Source of the DNA: an uncultured Luminiphilus sp.
Lineage (GTDB): Bacteria; Pseudomonadota; Gammaproteobacteria; Pseudomonadales; Halieaceae
Reading direction: 5' to 3'
Assembly (NCBI GenBank): GCA_938091485.1
Contig: CALKMV010000024.1
Span: 7,165 to 71,164 of the forward strand
Length of the DNA stretch: 64,000 nt
In this document: positions 58,147 through 64,000 of the stretch, piece after piece
Position numbering within the stretch: position 1 is the stretch's first letter
Layout of the letters: every line of letters starts with the position of its first letter
The notes under the pieces: model-generated
Told to the model about the DNA's origin: nothing
What the model saw: only the letters and a program-made list of their open reading frames with translations
The model's database searches: none
Made by a program: the position numbers and the translations under genes

Positions 58147-60921
58147 GTGACCATGGACAAGAATTTTTCACCTGTAGACATTGAAGCGCGATGGTACGAG
58201 CGGTGGGAGTCCCAAGGCTACTTCGCGCCGTCTGGACAGGGCTCTGCCTATTGCATTCCCATCCCACCGCCCAACGTTACGGGCACCTTGCACATGGGGC
58301 ATGGCTTTCAGCAGGCCATTATGGACGCGCTGATTCGCTATCACCGCATGCGAGGTCACAACACGCTCTGGCAGGTGGGCACAGACCATGCCGGCATCGC
58401 CACACAAATGGTCGTAGAGCGCCAACTTGAAGCCGAGGGCACGAAGCGCGAAACCCTTGGTCGAGAGGCGTTTATCGAGAGGGTTTGGGATTGGAAAGCT
58501 GAGTCAGGCGGCGCTATCACTCAACAACTGAGGCGTCTGGGCACCTCCCCTGATTGGACGCGAGAGCGCTTCACGATGGACCCTGGGCTGTCGCAAGCCG
58601 TTCAGCGAGTTTTTGTCGCTCTGCATGAGCAGGGTTTGATTTACCGCGGCTATCGACTGGTCAACTGGGACCCCCAGTTTCTTACCGCGATCTCTGATCT
58701 TGAAGTGGTGCAGGAAGAGGAAACGGGCTCACTATGGCATTTGCGCTATCCGCTGAGCAGCGGCAAAGGTCATCTGGTCGTCGCCACAACTCGCCCCGAG
58801 ACAATGCTTGGCGATACAGCGGTTGCGGTCCATCCGGAAGACGAGCGTTACAGTGACCTGGTGGGACAGACCATTGACCTGCCGCTTGTTGGACGCGCTA
58901 TCCCCATCATCGCAGATGACTATGTCGACCCAGAGTTTGGCTCTGGCTGCGTCAAGATCACCCCTGCGCATGACTTTAATGATTATGCGATGGGAGAGCG
59001 CCATCAGTTAGCAATGATCAATGTTCTCACCGCCGAGGCGAGAATAAATGATGAGGCCCCGGAGCGCTTCCAGGGAATGGATCGTTTTGAAGCTAGAGCA
59101 CAGATCATCACTGAGCTTGAGGAATCCGGACTGCTGGAGAAAATTGAGCCGCACACCCTCAAAGTTCCAAGAGGTGACCGCTCTGGCGCCGTTATCGAGC
59201 CCTGGCTGACCCCTCAGTGGTATGTCGATGCCAAAAAGCTCGCCAAACCGGCGATTGACGCGGTGGAGACAGGCGCCATCAAGTTTGTGCCAAAACAGTG
59301 GGAAAACACATACTTCGCCTGGATGCGCGACATTCAGGACTGGTGCATCAGCCGGCAACTGTGGTGGGGGCATCGCATCCCGGCGTGGTATGACGAAGCC
59401 GGCAATGTGTTCGTAGGGGAATCTGAGGCAGCAGTTCGCAAGGCACATTCAGTCCCTGATGAAACACCATTACGACAGGACGATGACGTCCTTGATACCT
59501 GGTTTTCGTCAGCGCTGTGGACGTTCTCTACGCTTGGCTGGCCAGACGAGAACGAAGACCTATCTACTTTTCATCCTGCCTCAGTGCTGGTGACGGGCTT
59601 CGATATCATTTTCTTTTGGGTCGCCAGAATGATCATGATGTCACTGCACTTCATGAAAGAAGTCCCATTCCACACTGTCTATGTCCACGGCCTTGTGCGG
59701 GATGGCGAAGGTCAGAAAATGTCGAAGTCTAAAGGTAACGTCCTGGACCCGATTGACCTGATTGATGGCATCGAACTGGAGACTCTGATTCAGAAGCGAA
59801 CCAGCAATCTAATGCAACCGCAGCTCGCGGCGAAAATTGAGAAGGCGACGCGAAAACAATTTCCTGACGGTATTACCGGTTACGGAACCGACGCACTCCG
59901 ATACACCTTCTATTCACTTGCATCCACTGGGAGAGATATCAAGTTCGACATTGGCCGAATGGAGGGCTACCGCAACTTCTGCAACAAAATCTGGAACGCT
60001 TCGCGCTATGTGTTGAGCCATACAGAGTCCCGTGATTTGCGCGAGGGCGATGCCTCGCTCTCGCTGGCCGACCGCTGGATTCAGAGCCGTCTCGAGACAA
60101 CACTGATTGCCGTTGAGGACGCCTACGACAATTACCGTTTTGATCTCGCATCCCAGACGCTCTACGACTTCGTATGGAATGAGTTCTGCGACTGGTACCT
60201 GGAGCTATCCAAGCCCGTGCTCTGGGATGAAACAACCGCCGCCGCCGAACAGCTGGGTACCCGCCGCACATTGATCACGGTGCTGGAAAAATCACTGCGA
60301 ATGCTGCACCCCTTCATGCCCTTTCTCACAGAGGAAATCTGGCAAACCGTGGCCCCACTGGCAAACCAAGGCGGTGACAGCATCATGCTGGCTCCATGGC
60401 CGGCTAAGCAAAGCGATTGCATCGACGCTGAATCAGAGGCAGAGATAGAATGGCTCAAGCAAATCATTATTGGCATCCGCACCATTCGCTCTGAATCCAA
60501 TATCCCCCCCGCTACTGAACTCCCTGTGTTTGTTGTCAACACCACAGAGCTTGATCGAGAACGATTTGACCGGAACGAAGCCTATCTGGGACGACTGGCC
60601 AAGGTGAGCGGTATAACAGCCCTGTCCGACGGAGAGACCCCACCCGTCAGCCTGATGACTCTGTGCGGGGACCTAGAAATCAGGGTGCCCATGGCGGGCG
60701 TCATCGACGTTGAAACCGAGCTAAAGCGCCTTGATAAAGAAATCCAACGGCAGCAGAAGGAAGTCGAAAAACTGCAGGGCAAACTCACCAATAAAGCGTT
60801 TACCGAGCGAGCGCCTGCTGACATTGTGGAAGCTGAAAAGCACAAGAAAGAGCAGGCAGAGACCGCCTTAGCCACCCTTGATCGCCAGCGCACGCAAATT
60901 GAAGAGTTGCGTTCTGCTTAA
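58147..60921 (+). CDS. valS: Valine--tRNA ligase
   Basis: PPPNVTG.LHMGH, DWCISRQ, KMSKS and C-terminal coiled coil. Confidence 0.98.
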   Translation: MTMDKNFSPVDIEARWYERWESQGYFAPSGQGSAYCIPIPPPNVTGTLHMGHGFQQAIMDALIRYHRMRGHNTLWQVGTDHAGIATQMVVERQLEAEGTKRETLGREAFIERVWDWKAESGGAITQQLRRLGTSPDWTRERFTMDPGLSQAVQRVFVALHEQGLIYRGYRLVNWDPQFLTAISDLEVVQEEETGSLWHLRYPLSSGKGHLVVATTRPETMLGDTAVAVHPEDERYSDLVGQTIDLPLVGRAIPIIADDYVDPEFGSGCVKITPAHDFNDYAMGERHQLAMINVLTAEARINDEAPERFQGMDRFEARAQIITELEESGLLEKIEPHTLKVPRGDRSGAVIEPWLTPQWYVDAKKLAKPAIDAVETGAIKFVPKQWENTYFAWMRDIQDWCISRQLWWGHRIPAWYDEAGNVFVGESEAAVRKAHSVPDETPLRQDDDVLDTWFSSALWTFSTLGWPDENEDLSTFHPASVLVTGFDIIFFWVARMIMMSLHFMKEVPFHTVYVHGLVRDGEGQKMSKSKGNVLDPIDLIDGIELETLIQKRTSNLMQPQLAAKIEKATRKQFPDGITGYGTDALRYTFYSLASTGRDIKFDIGRMEGYRNFCNKIWNASRYVLSHTESRDLREGDASLSLADRWIQSRLETTLIAVEDAYDNYRFDLASQTLYDFVWNEFCDWYLELSKPVLWDETTAAAEQLGTRRTLITVLEKSLRMLHPFMPFLTEEIWQTVAPLANQGGDSIMLAPWPAKQSDCIDAESEAEIEWLKQIIIGIRTIRSESNIPPATELPVFVVNTTELDRERFDRNEAYLGRLAKVSGITALSDGETPPVSLMTLCGDLEIRVPMAGVIDVETELKRLDKEIQRQQKEVEKLQGKLTNKAFTERAPADIVEAEKHKKEQAETALATLDRQRTQIEELRSA

Positions 60922-60972
60922 AGCCCTGATAAGACTACGTCGAATAATAATTCTAATGCGGTGTATTAAGCG

Positions 60973-61185
60973 ATGTCAGACCGCCAGACAGGAACCGTTA
61001 AGTGGTTCAACAATGCCAAGGGCTTTGGCTTTATCACAATGGCCGACCGGCCAGACGATATCTTTGTGCACTTCAGAGCGATTCAGGGGGACGGGTACCG
61101 CAGCCTGAACGAAGGACAAGAAGTCGAATTCAATCTGGTTGAAGGCCCCAAAGGCTTGCAGGCAGAAGAAGTCACCAAGCGCTGA
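60973..61185 (+). CDS. Cold-shock domain protein
   Basis: GTVKWFN, KGFGFI (RNP1) and FVHF (RNP2). Confidence 0.96.
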   Translation: MSDRQTGTVKWFNNAKGFGFITMADRPDDIFVHFRAIQGDGYRSLNEGQEVEFNLVEGPKGLQAEEVTKR

Positions 61186-61242
61186 TACCCTCGGCACAGC
61201 AGTTTTGCTAAGCTCGCGCTCCCACTGAACGCGGAGCGCAGT

Positions 61243-61911
61243 ATGCCCTCGTCAAAAACCGAGAAAAAAGCAGACAAAACCACTCGACCCACCTCGGATT
61301 CGAGCAAAAAGCTCCGACGTTTCCGCGGCGTCGTGATGCCCTACGCCGGGCATAAAAGCATCCGAGCCGTGCGCCGAGCAGGTCATGAACCGAGCATTCA
61401 TGGCACCAAGCTCTGGAAGTCCAGCTGCTTGATTATTGATTACCTCAAAAAGAATCCCCCGACGCGGCGCAAGCGCGTTCTGGACGCAGGCTGCGGCTGG
61501 GGCATTACTGGCATCTGGTGCGCCAAGGAGTGGGGCTCGAAGGTCGTTTCAATGGATGCCGACGCCGCTGTATTCCCCTATCTGGATGCCGTAGCTGAAC
61601 TCAACGGCGTCTCAACCAAAAGCTGGGTGCAGCGCTTCGAAAAGGTCCGTAAGAAAGACCTTGAAAAGGTGGATATTCTGTTTGGCGGAGACATTTGCTT
61701 CTGGGATGAGCTGGTCGACCCCGTTGCCAAAATGATCGATCGCGCCATTGATGCCGGAGTGGGCACAATCGTCATTGGCGACCCCGAGCGACCCACGTTT
61801 CATGAAATGGCTGACAAAGTCACCGAGAAACACGGTGGAGAAGTGCTGGGCTGGCGACTCTCTGGCGCGGTGAAAGCTACCGGCGCGCTGCTGGTGATTC
61901 ACAACGACTGA
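61243..61911 (+). CDS. Class I methyltransferase, family 16 (protein lysine MTase-like)
   Basis: GTKLWKSS, VLDAGCGWG and DILFGGDICF. Confidence 0.75.
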   Translation: MPSSKTEKKADKTTRPTSDSSKKLRRFRGVVMPYAGHKSIRAVRRAGHEPSIHGTKLWKSSCLIIDYLKKNPPTRRKRVLDAGCGWGITGIWCAKEWGSKVVSMDADAAVFPYLDAVAELNGVSTKSWVQRFEKVRKKDLEKVDILFGGDICFWDELVDPVAKMIDRAIDAGVGTIVIGDPERPTFHEMADKVTEKHGGEVLGWRLSGAVKATGALLVIHND

Positions 61912-63147
61912 TTAATCCACGTAGATCAGATCGAGCTCCAACTGACTGTCTACAGGATCGATGCAGTCGTCAAACGCCGGCCTGTATGACATGCCGCGCA
62001 TCGCTCTGCGAATCCGCCCAGGAGGGCGATCCCCTTCGGATTCAGCATGAGCGAGTTCGATTTCCAGATCTCGGGCCCGCCCCTTGTCGGTGACAATCAA
62101 TGAAACATTCACCGACACGTACGAAGCCTGAAACGCGAGCTCAAAAGCCAAATCGGGATATTCTGGCAAGGGCCTCGCAGTCTTGAAGCGCGACGGCTCA
62201 AGACTGCACGCCCGACGATACAGTGTGATGGCCTTATCACGCTTACGATAGAACCAGTTCCAATCAGCCAGTGCAGATAATGCGTCGTGACTGTTTGGGG
62301 ACACCACGAGTAAGCGCTCAAAGGCCTTCTCACCCCTTGAGAACAAGCGACGCTGCAACGCTTCCAATCGCGGCTCCCTTTCCAGAGACCGCCACTCAGT
62401 GTCTGAAAAAACCCCCTCGAAGCGAGGATCGTCGACGAAGGCCTCAAGCTTATATTCGAGCAAGTAATAAAAGCGCACCAACATGAACGTAAAAGCTTTA
62501 CACCATCGAAAACTGACCGCTTCGTCAGCACAAACCGCCTCAGCCATATCATCGAAGCGATCATGCATTCGCACTAGGTCCTGGGAGCGACCCTCCCAAG
62601 ACACACCCATGAGCGCATCCAGTGACGCACCGAACAGCTCGATAGCAGCCCGCAGTTCCCCCTCCTCAAACGGCGGCAATCCCGATCCAAGCAGTCGAAA
62701 TTGATAGGCAGCCCGGGCCTCAAAACCCTGACGATCGCCGGATAACAAGAACAGATCCAACAGCCCTCTTAGAATCGGCAACTGCTGGTCGCCATAAAGA
62801 CCGTCATTGACCCGGGCGTTATGGAGTGCCTTGTCATAGAGGGAAGACGCCAACTCATAGTCTCCCGTCTCAGTGGCAGCCGCCGCCACATCCAATATCA
62901 CTGCAGCTAGATCCGGGTGGTATGGGCCCAGCGCCTGCTCAAGCCCGGCCAAGTCAGATTCCGCCGTATCCAGTGCCGCCAGAGCGGAGACGTCCGTCGC
63001 AGCCTCCGCGAGTCGATGCTCTGACTCAATCCGATACTGGACAGGCAAGCCGAAAGGTACAGGCGTATTGGCCTGCGCCACACAAGCGCACCAAAAGGCG
63101 AGACACAAAATCTGCCTTAGATAACAATGCAATAATCGAGACATCAT
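61912..63147 (-). CDS. Exported TPR-like protein with C-terminal TonB-like domain
   Basis: Signal peptide (AQA), helical repeats (GPYHPDL, ARVNDGLY), C-terminal VSLIVTDKGR...YRPAF. Confidence 0.65.
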   Translation of the reverse strand: MMSRLLHCYLRQILCLAFWCACVAQANTPVPFGLPVQYRIESEHRLAEAATDVSALAALDTAESDLAGLEQALGPYHPDLAAVILDVAAAATETGDYELASSLYDKALHNARVNDGLYGDQQLPILRGLLDLFLLSGDRQGFEARAAYQFRLLGSGLPPFEEGELRAAIELFGASLDALMGVSWEGRSQDLVRMHDRFDDMAEAVCADEAVSFRWCKAFTFMLVRFYYLLEYKLEAFVDDPRFEGVFSDTEWRSLEREPRLEALQRRLFSRGEKAFERLLVVSPNSHDALSALADWNWFYRKRDKAITLYRRACSLEPSRFKTARPLPEYPDLAFELAFQASYVSVNVSLIVTDKGRARDLEIELAHAESEGDRPPGRIRRAMRGMSYRPAFDDCIDPVDSQLELDLIYVD

Positions 63148-63165
63148 GGCGCTGCGAATATAGCG

Positions 63166-63193
63166 AAAAAAAAACCCGCCTCGGAGAGGCGGG
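63166..63193 (-). terminator. Rho-independent terminator
   Basis: CCCGCCTC/GAGGCGGG stem followed by T9 on the minus strand. Confidence 0.85.
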
Positions 63194-63245
63194 CAGAGGC
63201 TGTATCGGACCTTGGGTCAAGCAGGGAAAAAGGCACTCCCAAGCA
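63166..63245 (-). ncRNA. Candidate small RNA (stem-loop + terminator)
   Basis: CTTGGG...CCCAAG stem enclosing a CU-rich loop, then a strong terminator with no credible CDS ending before it. Confidence 0.45.
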
Positions 63246-63345
63246 GACATATTCAGAACCTGACAACCATGATGCAGACGCGGTACCATTACCTCCAATG
63301 TATTTTTTTGATCCCATCCAGTCGCCAGCGTTATAAGAGCTCAGT

Positions 63346-64000
63346 GTGAACCTTAACAGACTCTCACGAATTGACCTTAACTTATTGGTTGCACTTCATA
63401 TTCTTCTTGAAGAAGGCAGTGTATCGAGAGCTGCGGAGCGGCTGTCGATCACCCAACCTGCGATGTCCAAGACCCTGGGGCGGCTTCGGGAGACCTTTGA
63501 TGACCCCCTCTTTGTGCGCAGTAAGCGTGGCATCCAGCCAACACCCCGCGCACTGAGTCTTGCAGGTGAGCTCAAGAGTATCCTCGGACAGGTAGACACC
63601 CTCCTTGATGCGGGAGAGTTCACGCCGGCGGCGTATCGTGGAGAAATCACACTAGCCATCTCCGAATATGTCGGCTTCACCCTACTACCGCCTCTGTCGG
63701 CGCGATTACAGTCCACAGCCCCCCGGTTGCGACTTCGCACCATCACCCGCGCCGAGAAGCAACTGGATCAATTAGCGAGCGGGGAGCTCGATTTCGCCAT
63801 CCAAATTCAGCGCGAGGAATACCCACCCGAGTATTCCGTATCGCCACTCGCCGCATCCCCTCTGGCCATCTTTGTGCGACAGGATCATCCGCTGGTTGCC
63901 CAAACCCTCTCTAGTCAGCTGATCCGTCAATATTCTCAGGTTGCCCTATATGTGGCGGATCGCGAGGAACTGATTGGTGGACAAGTGCTAGCGCGCGGAC
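63346..64000 (+). CDS. LysR-family transcriptional regulator (partial, runs off the window edge)
   Basis: Translated by hand from GTG 63346: MNLNRLSRIDLNLLVALHILLEEGSVSRAAERLSITQPAMSKTLGRLRETFDDPLFVR. Confidence 0.93.
   Translation, partial: MNLNRLSRIDLNLLVALHILLEEGSVSRAAERLSITQPAMSKTLGRLRETFDDPLFVRSKRGIQPTPRALSLAGELKSILGQVDTLLDAGEFTPAAYRGEITLAISEYVGFTLLPPLSARLQSTAPRLRLRTITRAEKQLDQLASGELDFAIQIQREEYPPEYSVSPLAASPLAIFVRQDHPLVAQTLSSQLIRQYSQVALYVADREELIGGQVLARG

Noticed and set aside
63026-63298. 90-aa minus-strand ORF
   Set aside because: It reads through a strong terminator and overlaps the next CDS out of frame; a non-coding RNA explains the region better.
63396-63746. 116-aa minus-strand ORF
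   Set aside because: It is the antisense shadow of the LysR HTH region.

Overview
A 64-kb segment of a gammaproteobacterial chromosome. Gene order and content (rpoE-rseABC-degP/mucD-lepAB-rnc-era-recO, nadB-sdhE-ygfZ-ung, lptFG-pepA-holC-valS, many lipid-oxidation enzymes) resemble marine Cellvibrionales/Halieaceae (OM60/NOR5); this taxonomy is inference. Positions 1-16.2 kb hold mixed housekeeping and lipid genes, ending in selD-selU and tRNA-Arg(CCT). Positions 16.3-33.9 kb are an accessory-looking block containing (i) an ATP-grasp ligase + cytochrome P450 + Rieske oxygenase operon behind a PsrA-like palindrome, (ii) a CsoR-regulated metal operon (putative beta-barrel, His-rich exported HMA protein, MerT-like transporter) with no ATPase, and (iii) an AraC / diiron ferritin-like oxygenase / ferredoxin / CYP153 locus with no reductase. 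Positions 34-61 kb are mostly core genes, plus a 51%-Lys histone-H1-like repeat protein. A candidate structured sRNA lies divergent from a LysR gene at the right end. I saw no CRISPR array, rRNA, integrase or IS element. All calls come from motif recognition by eye; no database searches were run.
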